Positions 36,990-48,265 of a DNA stretch of 64,000 nucleotides are shown here, in pieces. The position numbers and the translations under genes are program-made. The stretch's first letter is position 1, and the number at the start of each line of letters is the position of its first letter. This stretch comes from Octopus bimaculoides. Lineage: Eukaryota. The stretch is taken from positions 8,809,441 through 8,873,440 of the forward strand of contig NC_069002.1 of assembly GCF_001194135.2 (NCBI RefSeq), given 5' to 3'. The notes below the pieces were generated by a model, which saw nothing but the letters and a program-made list of their open reading frames with translations, did no database searches and had not been told where the DNA came from.

Positions 36990-37410
36990 ATCAATCGACC
37001 CGGAGGGAAGAAAAACTAGTGGACCCTGGAAGTATTTGAACTCAGAATTTAAAGCAGTATCACTCAATATTGTGTTTTATTTTGTCATTCGATGCTCCAC
37101 CAATTTTGATACCTCACTGCTATAATGAAAACAATGGATTCTCCCATGGCATCCTCATCAATGGTGCAACTGATTAAATGAGCTCAATAACTAGTGCTTT
37201 TACTGCATTCTATTTTGTCGTCCGGTGCTCCACCGATTCTGACACCTCACTGTTATAATCAAAACAATGTATGACTGGTACTTTATGTTACCGATCTCGG
37301 AAGTATGAAATTCTAAGATGACTCGCATGTAGTTCGAACTCTAGGCATAAGGGCGGTGACTAAACGTAGCAAGAATTTTTATCTGATGCACCTACTGACT
37401 CTAACAATTG
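36990..37410 (-). mobile_element. Degenerate group B SINE cluster with a locally duplicated head
   Basis: atttgaactcagaa B-box complement; attttgtc..tc.gatgctccacc.att.tga.acctcactg.tataat occurs twice. Confidence 0.55.
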
Positions 37411-38538
37411 TTGGGAGTGTCGGGTAGCAGTGTACACAGCCATTTATCTCTCCTATTCTATCATAACCACCATCGGTATGTAACTGTATTTCATACGGCC
37501 CAGTCTACCTAGGTGTAAAGGGACACCCAGATGAGGAAAAACACAGAGCTTAAAGCGATGACCAACTTAAGGAATATCCCTTCAAGTTGCCGCCCTAAGT
37601 TCAAATCCTGCCGTGGATGCCGATTACAAAGGGACTAAGTGTTCATCAAAAATATATACATGAATGCATACGTAGATACATATATACATACATAGACATT
37701 CACATATATATCCCTACATACATACATATATACGCACATACATGCATACATATATACATACATATTCGATTCTAAATACGTACATATACGCATAAAATTT
37801 TAGTATACAGTTACTTATGTATGTGTCTAGACGTGCAACAGTATGTATGAGCACACTTACATAAAACAAAATATGCAGATCTGCACATGCACTGACCCTA
37901 AATACTGCACATATACACACAAACATACACAACTGCCTTGTTGATGTTGTTGAAATTCCAGTGAAGGAGCCTTGGATCTAGGTTAGAAACCGGCTCTTTC
38001 TCTATTGGCGAGAAATCAAAAAATAAAGCCAAATAATAACATACATAAATATACATAGACACACAGAGATATATGGGTGGAGTTTACGACATGCACAAAC
38101 TGGTTTTCAATTCAATGCAAATGTGTACATGTCACAACCACCGTTCACTTACATGAGCAAGAAATACCAACTACACACCATCCTCACGTTGTTTGACACA
38201 GGGCTGTTAATCCCGAAATATCGAAATATAAGGTAAAGTATAAACTGTTGTTCTGTTTACTTTCTATTTTCATTCTTCTACATTCCAATTTCATGGTATT
38301 TGCTTTTATACAAGCTTAGTTATAACTGCACGTGGATTGTTGGCCATTTTTCCTTATTTTTCCTTCTTTCCCTTTGGACTTTTTTCTTTCCGACGAAGAG
38401 CTATACTCGAAACGTTAACAACAACTCCCTCCCTTCACCGAGCGTCAAATTAATATATTTCTTGTGTACGTCCTTACGTTCGTTTCTTTTCTTTCTTTTT
38501 CTCTGTTTTTTTAAAAATTGCTTGTTCTTTGAATTGAC

Positions 38539-38574
<36 letters not shown>

Positions 38575-38892
38575 TGCACACACACTTCTAAGAGATTAGA
38601 GACTTCACCCATTCACTAATAAAACTATCTATTTATCTATCAATCCATCTATTTATATATGCGTGTGTACACACACATATATATATGTACATATAAATGT
38701 ATATATGTATATATATGTATATATATATATATGTGTTTATATATGTATATATGCATATACGTATATATACATATATGTACGTATATATGCATTTGCATAT
38801 ATCTATGTATATTTGTATATATATATTCATATATATACATATATATATGTGTATATATATACATATACATATATTGATCCTTCTCTTCCTCC

Positions 38893-39049
<157 letters not shown>

Positions 39050-39147
39050 TCTCTGCATATGTATCTGTTTGAGTATCTCTTATCATTAAACAAGAAAATC
39101 AATATGTCAAGATCTAGCCTCTTTACCATATTTGACAGCATTTACAG

Positions 39148-39253
39148 TTCACATTTCCTCCCAAAGAAATGTCCCAGGCAATCAACGAACGTCATAGATC
39201 AGGGGTTTCGGGTTACTATGGAGAGCAGACTCAAGAAAGGGACTACCAAAATT
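39148..39253 (+). CDS. Candidate internal exon (106 bp), product unknown
   Basis: tttacag acceptor and TT|GTAAGT donor; open as FTFPPKEMSQAINERHRSGVSGYYGEQTQERDYQN; no recognised homology. Confidence 0.3.
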
Positions 39254-39403
39254 GTAAGTTGACGCTTCTTTCAAGCCGGTTATAGTGATCACTGTAAATA
39301 GTAGTAAGCTGGGAAACACAACAACGTGATTTCAATTCCGTTTTCAATCATTTCATTTAACCGTTCTTTTGAATATCACTTCAAGATCCTGTTCTTCTTG
39401 CAG

Positions 39404-39696
39404 TGTGGTGGCTTTTGTGTGTCAAAGACCCTGAGGGCTGTGCTGGCGGAGGGAAAGCTAAGAATAGAGGCCTGACTAATATGGACCACTTTTTCATTAA
39501 GGTTAAAAGGAGTTTTCGGAAAGGGACACTCCTCCTACCGAGAGAAAAAGAAACAAGCAAACTTACAGAAGTTTTGATGACATTTCAAAACCAACAAGTC
39601 TTGGGTGACTTGGAACTGAAAAGGTTTTCTCTCAGGGTGACTTGGAACCCAAAAAGGGGGCGGGTGGAAGAGATGCTCTACAGACCGATAGAATAA
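39404..39696 (+). CDS. Candidate downstream exon, product unknown
   Basis: ctgttcttcttgcag acceptor 150 bp after the donor; phase-compatible and open (WWLLCVKDPEGC...), ending inside a SINE C tail. Confidence 0.22.
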
Positions 39697-39987
39697 GTAG
39701 CAAACTTTTTTTAAATAATTAGTACTGAGAAGGTTCATTTCAAGCAACATCCCTTCAAGACGGTGCTATAGCATGGCCGCAATCCAGCGACTGAAGTTAA
39801 AGATGATACTGCTATCATTTCCAACTCTCCCTATTCCTCTCGTCTCCGTTTACATGCAAAGCAGAAGGAGTTACTTGATAGCTTCGTATCTTGTCTATAG
39901 ACGCAACAAAATCGCTGAAGGCGAAATACGAACCGCTGACCTTTCTGCTGGTAATCCGGTCACCTAAACACTGCACCACCATCAAGC

Positions 39988-40872
39988 AAACTCATCACAA
40001 GATACATAGAAATACCTATTTATGTATGTCGACCTATGTTTACTTATCTGTCTGTTAGTCTGTCTTACTGTCTACAAAGACATGACTAGTTCGGATTTAG
40101 AGGGCAGCAGACCGTGAGACGGAATTCAATTCATATATGAAATTCTGTTTGTTTGTTTATTTATTATTTCTTTGCAGGTTTTTTCTTTTCTTTTTCCTTT
40201 TTTTTCCCCCCTTTATTTATTATTTTGTTTTTTCAAGAATCGCTGACTCTCGATAAACGCAAACAAACATAGTTTCCGCCATCTTNNNNNNNNNNNNNNN
40301 NNNNNNNNNNNNNNNNNNNNNNNNNNNNNNNNNNNNNNNNNNNNNNNNNNNNNNNNNNNNNNNNNNNNNNNNNNNNNNNNNNNNNNNNNNNNNNNNNNNN
40401 NNNNNNNNNNNNNNNNNNNNNNNNNNNNNNNNNNNNNNNNNNNNNNNNNNNNNNNNNNNNNNNNNNNNNNNNNNNNNNNNNNNNNNNNNNNNNNNNNNNN
40501 NNNNNNNNNNNNNNNNNNNNNNNNNNNNNNNNNNNNNNNNNNNNNNNNNNNNNNNNNNNNNNNNNNNNNNNNNNNNNNNNNNNNNNCCTCTCTCTCCACA
40601 CTTTCTTTTAAACTGTTGAATTTGTCAGTTTGTTGATAAATGAAGTGGACGATGACTGATAATTCGTTTCAATAAATCGTCTGAGAGAGTTTCTTCCAAG
40701 TTTCTAGTTTCTAATCTGGCTATTGAATGGAATGATTATCTTGTATTCTATGGAACCACACTACCAAAACGAGAAGTTTAGTCTACACAAAGTGTAACTG
40801 GGTTAAAGTTTCGTTTGGTTGGACACATTCCTCTCCAAGCTCTATCCATGAGTCTATTATTTCTGCTTAGTT
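39988..40872 (-). promoter_or_regulatory. Promoter-like segment, copy 2 of the inverted duplication
   Basis: Reverse complement of 16147-16813; gap within the (GA)n tract. Confidence 0.45.
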
Positions 40873-41178
40873 CTATAAACTCGTGAAACATCTGTCAGTT
40901 ATATTATGCCCCCGCTACCTATTCCCAACGCAGAAAACATACTAAACGAACTAAAAGCAAGGCATACCGACGAAATAGGATATCTTCTCGTGGCGGATGG
41001 TACCCTTTTGCACCACTCAGGGGACAACCCTCCAACTCATGGGTCTCTTTCAATTGTCATTGGTAGTAAACGTTTTACGAGGTCGAGAGTGGAAATCCTA
41101 CCTCAACCTCTTTCAGTTACCTTTTACGACCCGCAATGGAAACGTTGGATCTAACTTTTGACGTGCTATTCTCTATAT

Positions 41179-41567
41179 TTGGTTGTTGGCACTCCGTCGC
41201 TTACGACGTCGAGGGTTCCAGTTGATCCGATCAACGGAACAGTCTGCTCGTGAAATTAACGTGCAAGTGGCTGAGCACTCCACAGACACGTGTAACCCTT
41301 AACGTAGTTCTCGGGGATATTCAGCGTGACACAGTGTGTGACAAGGCTGACCGTTTGAATTACAGGCACAACAGAAACAGGAAGTAAGAGTGAGAGAAAG
41401 TTGTGGTGGAAGAGTACAGAAGGGTTCGCCACCATCCACTGCCGGAGCCTCGTAGAACTTTAGGTGTTTTCGCTCAATAAGCACTCACAACGCCCGGTCT
41501 GGGAATCGAAACCGCAATCCTATGACCGCGAATCCGCTGCCCTAACCACTGGGCCATTGCGCCTCCA
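41179..41567 (-). mobile_element. SINE group A, full length, 13-bp TSD
   Basis: Head gtggaggcgcaatggcccagtggttaggg...ggtttcgattccc; TSD ctattctctatat (41166-78) / ctattctccatat (41568-80). Confidence 0.93.
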
Positions 41568-41701
41568 CTATTCTCCATATAGCGCGACTTAAAGCCTAAG
41601 AATAAACAATTCTTTTTTCACTAATTGCATTTTATTTTACTTTTAATGTGTTCCGTTGTTTGGATATTTTTCCTGAAATTGGTTCTTCAGTTTTTCTCAA
41701 A

Positions 41702-41926
41702 ATTTCTCTTCCAAAATTATCCAAAATTCTTATGTCCATCTTTGGTGATATTTCTTTTTACACAATTAAACAATTAAACAAAATTCTTCCGTTCCTCATT
41801 ATGTCTTGTTTTTGTTCTACAAATTTTCATGTTGCGGCTTTGGTTTGGTGCCAATAATATTTACATAAAAATTTGCATATTTATCTGGCATTCTTATTAA
41901 TGTCTTTGATCAGCAGTTTAAGCTTC
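41702..41926 (-). repeat. Unclassified dispersed repeat, copy 2
   Basis: Inverted homolog of 14875-15051. Confidence 0.7.
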
Positions 41927-41988
41927 CAATATCTGTGCTTGTGTGAGCGTTTGCGAGAATGCGTGTATGCGTGTGAGCGCGCCCATGT

Positions 41989-42040
<52 letters not shown>

Positions 42041-42227
42041 GTGTGTGTGTGTGAGTGTGCGTGCGTGTGTGTATATATAGATATACAAAGCCAAAACAGG
42101 ACGAAATTTAATTAACTCTTAGCTTTGTATCTCTACAGAAACAGTGTGTAAATACGCACACTGTTATTTCATATGTCACTGAAATACAGTTATACATATA
42201 TACATACATAAATGCATACATACAAAC

Positions 42228-42302
<75 letters not shown>

Positions 42303-42447
42303 CTCTCGCGTTGTATGCTCTGTAGCACGTATTAATTAATAAACTTCAGTGCAATAATGACGAAGTCTTGTATTGGTGCTAAGCCAACACTTTGATACCC
42401 TGAGCATACAAAACTTATTGGATTATCCTCCGTGTATCACCTGATCT

Positions 42448-42975
42448 AAGGCGGTGAGCTGGCAGGATTGTATCGTTAGCATGTCGAACAAAATGATTAG
42501 TGTTACGTTCTGAGTTCGAATCCCACCGACGTCAGCTTTGCCGTTCATCCCTTCGGGGTCGATAAAATAAGTACCAGTCAAGTACTTTGAATCGATGTAA
42601 TCAACTGCCCTCCCCACCATCCACCCAAATTTCAGGCCTTACGTACACAGTAGAAACAAAATGCTGAGCGGTATTTCTCCCGGCGCTTTACGTTCTGAGT
42701 TCAAATCCCGCCAAAGTTAACTCGGCCTCTCATCCTTTCGGGGTCGATAAAGTAAGCACCAATCAAGTACTTGGATCGATCTAATCGATTAGACACCTCT
42801 ATCCCAAATTTCAGACCTTACGCCTACAATGGAAACAAAATGTTGAGCGGTATTTCTTCTGTCTCTTAATGTTCCGAGTTCAAGACCCACCGAAGTCAAT
42901 TTTGCATTTCATCCCTTCGGGGTCGATAAAATAAAGTACAAGCCACGTTCCTTCCCCTCAAAATTACTAACCTTG
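42448..42975 (+). mobile_element. SINE group B, tandem trimer
   Basis: Three bodies; copies 2 and 3 start at the same junction gaaac|aaaatg(c/t)tgagcggtatt. Confidence 0.88.
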
Positions 42976-42989
42976 AACCCTGCAACAGA

Positions 42990-43600
42990 CCGGCGTGCTA
43001 TCGTTTCTGCCAGCTCGTCGCCTAAAAATAAACTGAATATCATCATAGCAAATTTTGGCACAAGGCCAGCAATTGCGGGGTAAGGGTAAGTCGCTTACAT
43101 CGACCCCAGGCTGGTGATCAACTGGAACTTATTTATCGATCCCAAAAGGATGAAAGGAAAACTCGACCTCGACCGAATTTGAACTCACAGCATGAAGACG
43201 GATGAAACGCCACTAAACATTTTGTCTAGCTTGCTCATGATTCTGCCAGCTCGCCTCTTTTATTATTGATGTCAAATGTTGGCACAAGGCCAACTGGTAC
43301 TAAACTTTATTGACCCTTGAAAGATGAAAGGCCAATTCGACCTCCGGCGGGCTCACGATTCTGCCAGCTCACCTCTTTTATTACATATTTTATTGATTTC
43401 AAATGTTGGCACAAGGCTGGCAATTTTGCTGTTGAAATAAGCCAATTACACCCACCCCAGTGCTTAACTGGTACTAAATTTTATCGATCCCTGAGAGATG
43501 AAAGGCCAATTCTACCTCAGCCGAATTTAAACTCAGGACTTGAATACGGACGAAAAGCCTCTAATTGTTTTGTCCGGCGTGCTGACGAATCTTCTAGCTA
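42990..43600 (-). mobile_element. SINE group B, one head plus three copies in reverse orientation
   Basis: ggcacaaggcc tails at about 43066, 43279 and 43408; ttctgccagctc heads. Confidence 0.85.
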
Positions 43601-44029
43601 ATTTCCTTTACTAATATTTTATTGAAATCAGAATGATAAATGCTAAGGATAAAAACGTCCTTGGCGATGTTTGAAATCAGGAAGCTAAGAAATTGGATTG
43701 AATTTTCTAAAGTCTATATTACGACTCTGTACACTTCCTGCTGTACCAAGGAATCACCTCAGTGTCTTTGATAATAGCAATTTCTTTGTTGGCAGCAATA
43801 GTTGTGTCAATAATGGTGCTGCCATCGTTTAATACCTTTATTGATTACAGTTTCTGATAGAATATATTATTATCTCTAACGCGGATGTATATATATATGT
43901 GTGTACATGCGTTAATAAATATACACATATNNNNNNNNNNGCGTGTGTGTATAATTGTACATATGCTATGTGGAAACATTAAACGCGATATGTTTTTCCT
44001 CTCGCAGTTTCTCTCTCTCCCTTTCTCTT

Positions 44030-44067
<38 letters not shown>

Positions 44068-44069
44068 AT

Positions 44070-44100
<31 letters not shown>

Positions 44101-45729
44101 CTCTCTCTCTCTCTCTTTCCATTTCTTTTTCCTTTATTCCCTTGTCAATGAGCGTTGGCTTTTCCATTTTTCCCGAGCGTCAAACTAATACATCTGCTTG
44201 TTTTTCCCTTACCTTATCTCTGCCTATTGTTTCCTGTACATTTGAACCATATGTGTGTATGTACGTGTGTGTGTGTGCTTCGTGTGTATATGTACGTGTG
44301 TGTGTGTGTGTGTGTGTGTAATGATTTACATACTTGTGTATTTGTTTAATTTGATAATTTAAAAATAAACTTAATATATCAATTATATATCAATCCTAGA
44401 ACGGTTGCCAGAGTGATACTGTGAATGAAATGTGCACTTACTGAACAGAGACTGCACAAAAAAAAATTGCAGTAAGGTTATTGGCCTCTTTCGTTATTTT
44501 CATATCATGTTCATCCGTCCGTTGCAGAAGAATAAATGTTAATATTCAACAAAATTAAATATTGATGGTTACTTTCAACGAAATCGCTACTAAAACCAAG
44601 CGTACAGAGAAAACCAATCAACACAACCTATTTAACAATATAAACAAGAGATTTGAAAAGCATAAATTTCAGTACCTAAATTGTACTCAATTTCCACATC
44701 GTGTAGAAAGGAGTTGGTATCATATGGAATTACTATGAGGTATTTTTTTTATTCACCAAGCTTTTAACACAAATATTTGCGGAATATTTTTTTGCATAAG
44801 ATAGCTTTATACTGAAACTGGTTTGAAGTCAATAGTTTTTAAATACTCATTTACTATACACGTAATGAAAACTGCTTTAGATGCTGATGTACCACAAAAA
44901 GTATAAAGCCAATGTTGTTTTACGTCAAAAGAATCTAGAACCTTCGAGAGAACATAAAATAATTCGTTTTTAACAGAGGGACTAGAAGTAGATTAGGTTA
45001 TAAATATTCCTTTGTACTATAGGCACAAGGCCTCAAATTTGGGGGGCGGGGGTTCTATTACGAAGTTCTTAAAATTTCTAGTTGGTGGTAATCGATTGTG
45101 TATAGCACTATTTCATTCTTTTTGGAAATCTTCAGCATGAGTTAACCTGTAAATTATTAATTCGGTATATTACGAATAGAGACATTTCGTTAAATTAAAT
45201 TAAATAAATATTAAAGATGAAATTAATTACTATCCGGAAGAAATAGTGAATTTATGTAAGAAGTGGGTGCATAATATGATGTTTGTGTACTCATTTTGCT
45301 TGGTGTTTAGTGTCCGAATTAAACAAGATTTTAGGCATTGTGCCATAACAGAAACATTCCAACAGACAATGATGATTTATCGACATCACACGAAATATGG
45401 AATCGGTGGCATGATTGAGTGAATGAACCAGTTATATTTAATATTTTACTAAAAGCAAAGAATGTCTGCAGAAATCATACATAATCAATGTTGATGATTG
45501 ATTTCATTAGAATTAATCTAATGTGATTTCTTCTTTTATTTTTATGCTAAAATTTCATAAATTATTAACTCTTGATAATATGACACCAATTTATATGTGT
45601 AACAAATGTGCTAACATAGCAAATTGTTCGCTACACCGGATATCAGAGATTGGTTTTATTATTGGAATACCAGTGATATTTAGATTATAAATTGATTTTA
45701 TTATTGATACAAGTTAATATAAAATACTG

Positions 45730-46270
45730 GTTTGGACTGAACCATTATTGCAACATAATATTTCACTACATAATGGCCTAAACCATCATTGTAATGGAAT
45801 AATTCACTATGTAACGGACTAAACTACTATCGTAATGTAAATAATTGCCCATATAATGGACTGAACCATTATTGTCATGTACGAGTTCACTATATAATGG
45901 ACTGAACTATTACTGTCACGTAAGAGTACACTAGTACACTAGTGAAGGCGCGTGGCCTAGTGGTTAGGCTTTTGTACTCACGATCGCTAGATCGTGGGTT
46001 CGATTCCCTGATTAGCCGGCACGTTATGTCCTTGAGCAAAACACTCCATTTCACGTTGCTCCCCCTTTCGATCACCGGGGAAAGTTGGCCTGCTCGTCTA
46101 GCCAACAGGGTGGTATCATCTGAAGGCTAAACCGATACAAAAACGCATTGTGACCAACATATGATAGCCCGGTCGGTCACGTGATCACCTAAATAGTACA
46201 CTATACAACCTACTAAACCATTATTATAATGCAATAGTTGGCTATATAATCGACTAAACAGCTTAGTTGA
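45730..46270. repeat. About 41-bp minisatellite (about 7 degenerate units) interrupted by a SINE
   Basis: Unit approximately tggactgaaccattattgtaatgtaatagttcactatataa. Confidence 0.8.
45942..46193 (+). mobile_element. CORE-type SINE with tail F, 10-bp TSD
   Basis: gtgaaggcgcgtggcctagtggttagg...gggttcgattccc, tccttgagcaaaacactccatttcacgttgctcc; TSD TAGTACACTA at 45932-41 and 46194-203. Confidence 0.9.
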
Positions 46271-46613
46271 TGTTACAGTCAACTAAATTTATTCAATCAT
46301 AATCAATTGATATTCATTTCCATGTTCCACACCCTATTAATCTATTTGTATGTATAATATATATGTATGTATGTGTCTATTTGTGAATGCATGTGTATGT
46401 GTCAATTTGTGTCTGTATGTGTATTTGTGTATAATAGGTGAAATATCACAAATGGAACGAAAGAAACAAGAGACGGGCAGATGGACAACGTGAGAGGTTA
46501 CAACAGGTAGAGAAATATTCGAAATCAGTGCACAAAATGTAAATACATACACAACACACACACACACACACACACACATACATACATACGTACATACATA
46601 CATACATACATAA

Positions 46614-46644
<31 letters not shown>

Positions 46645-46680
46645 CATATATATATACTTTATTTAAAAGCAGCAGAAATA

Positions 46681-46738
46681 TAACAAAAAAACCGTTACTC
46701 TGAGTTTCACGTTCCCGTTCATCGGACAGTTTTGTTAG
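46681..46738 (-). ncRNA. Type I hammerhead ribozyme motif (U4C core variant)
   Basis: Minus strand: aaaactgt CCGATGA acg-ggaa-cgt GAAA ctcagag TA acggtttt; all three stems pair. Confidence 0.75.
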
Positions 46739-46767
46739 ATTTTTCTAACAAAACTGTCCGATGAACG
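46715..46767. repeat. Perfect inverted repeat, 24-bp arms with a TTTT loop, right arm cut by a gap
   Basis: cgttcatcggacagttttgttaga tttt tctaacaaaactgtccgatgaacg. Confidence 0.95.
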
Positions 46768-47251
46768 NNNNNNNNNNNNNNNNNNNNNNNNNNNNNNNNN
46801 NNNNNNNNNNNNNNNNNNNNNNNNNNNNNNNNNNNNNNNNNNNNNNNNNNNNNNNNNNNNNNNNNNNNNNNNNNNNNNNNNNNNNNNNNNNNNNNNNNNN
46901 NNNNNNNNNNNNNNNNNNNNNNNNNNNNNNNNNNNNNNNNNNNNNNNNNNNNNNNNNNNNNNNNNNNNNNNNNNNNNNNNNNNNNNNNNNNNNNNNNNNN
47001 NNNNNNNNNNNNNNNNNNNNNNNNNNNNNNNNNNNNNNNNNNNNNNNNNNNNNNNTATATATATATATATAAATTGGTGCTATACACAATGAGTACTATG
47101 CTGAAAGAAGAAAGAAAATAGACTGACGTTTTGGGGTGAGTCCTTTATCAAATTAGAGTAAGAAGCAAGGAAAAGTAATAAGGTAAGAAATGAAACTTTT
47201 CTGAAGCACATGTGTATCTTCCTGCTACATGGTATAAAGTGTGAGTATATA

Positions 47252-47305
<54 letters not shown>

Positions 47306-47499
47306 TTTATCGTTAAGATATTCAAGATTTTGGCAGAATAATTTGATTGACTCACAGCGTTTATTGTTTTTAAAACTGCATGGGATTCATAAGAAAATAT
47401 GGAATCTAAACAATAAAAAATAATGCTATAACTTAATTGTGTTTTCTAAACATCATGTGAGCAAGAAAAGCGTGTGTCCATATACATAAATATAAAAAT

Positions 47500-47880
47500 G
47501 TAAAATACAACAAGGAACGTTAGCAAACGTGAAAAAATGTTCGATAGAATACTGGAGAAAAGTGAACGACTGTCAAACACACGAAACAACGTGGGATATA
47601 GAAAAAATAGAACCGGAAACGAAACGGAAATTACATACTTATAACAACGATATACACAAATCTCTCTTACGGGCAATTATATTCAACAGGATGAATAATG
47701 CCCACAACATACACTCAACTAAAAGAGAAGACAAGAAAAAAAATACATGAAGTTACGTCATTCGTCCGTGTTGCCAACTTACACCTACGTGAGAAATATG
47801 AGTAAGGCAGAAGCAAAAAGCGAACTATTCTACGACAGCCTGGAAAATATGTCAAACATAAAAATAAATATGGACGATCA
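47500..47880 (+). pseudogene. Possible heavily decayed APE endonuclease fragment of an RTE-like LINE
   Basis: Collinear motif remnants TTRNVS (TWNVR), HETTW (QETxW), PTY...ELFYDSLE (YAPT...FYxxL). Confidence 0.35.
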
Positions 47881-47889
47881 AGCATAATC

Positions 47890-48265
47890 GTTGTTGTTGT
47901 TGTCACTCCGTCGCTTATGACGTCGAGGGTTCCAGTTGATCCGATCAACGGAAATTAACGTGCAAGCGGCTGAGCACTCCACAGACACGTGTACGCTTAA
48001 TGTAGTTCTCGGGGATATTCAGCGTGACACAGTGTGACAAGTCTGGTCCCTTTGAATTACAGGCACAACAGAAACAGGAAGTAAGAGTGAGAGAAAGTTG
48101 TGGTGAGAGAGTACAGCAGGGTTCGCCACCATCCCCTGCCGGAGCCTCGTGGAGCTTTAGGTGTTTTCGCTCAATAAACACTCACAACGTCCGGTCTGGG
48201 AATCGAAACGGCGATCCTATGACCGCGAGTCCGCTGCCCTAACCACTGGGCCACTGCGCCTCCAC
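47890..48265 (-). mobile_element. SINE group A, full length, 11-bp TSD
   Basis: TSD caagcataatc (47879-89) / caagtataatc (48266-76); small internal deletion in the tail. Confidence 0.92.

Noticed and set aside
37955-38005. ccagtga...GAAA-ccgg-c-TC hammerhead-like string
   Set aside because: The core differs at several essential positions, including G5; too degenerate to call.
41490-41567. tRNA-like sequences (also 48190-48265, 45942-46010, 59754-59825)
   Set aside because: A/B boxes are present, but there is no acceptor stem and they run on into SINE bodies with TSDs; SINE heads, not tRNA genes.
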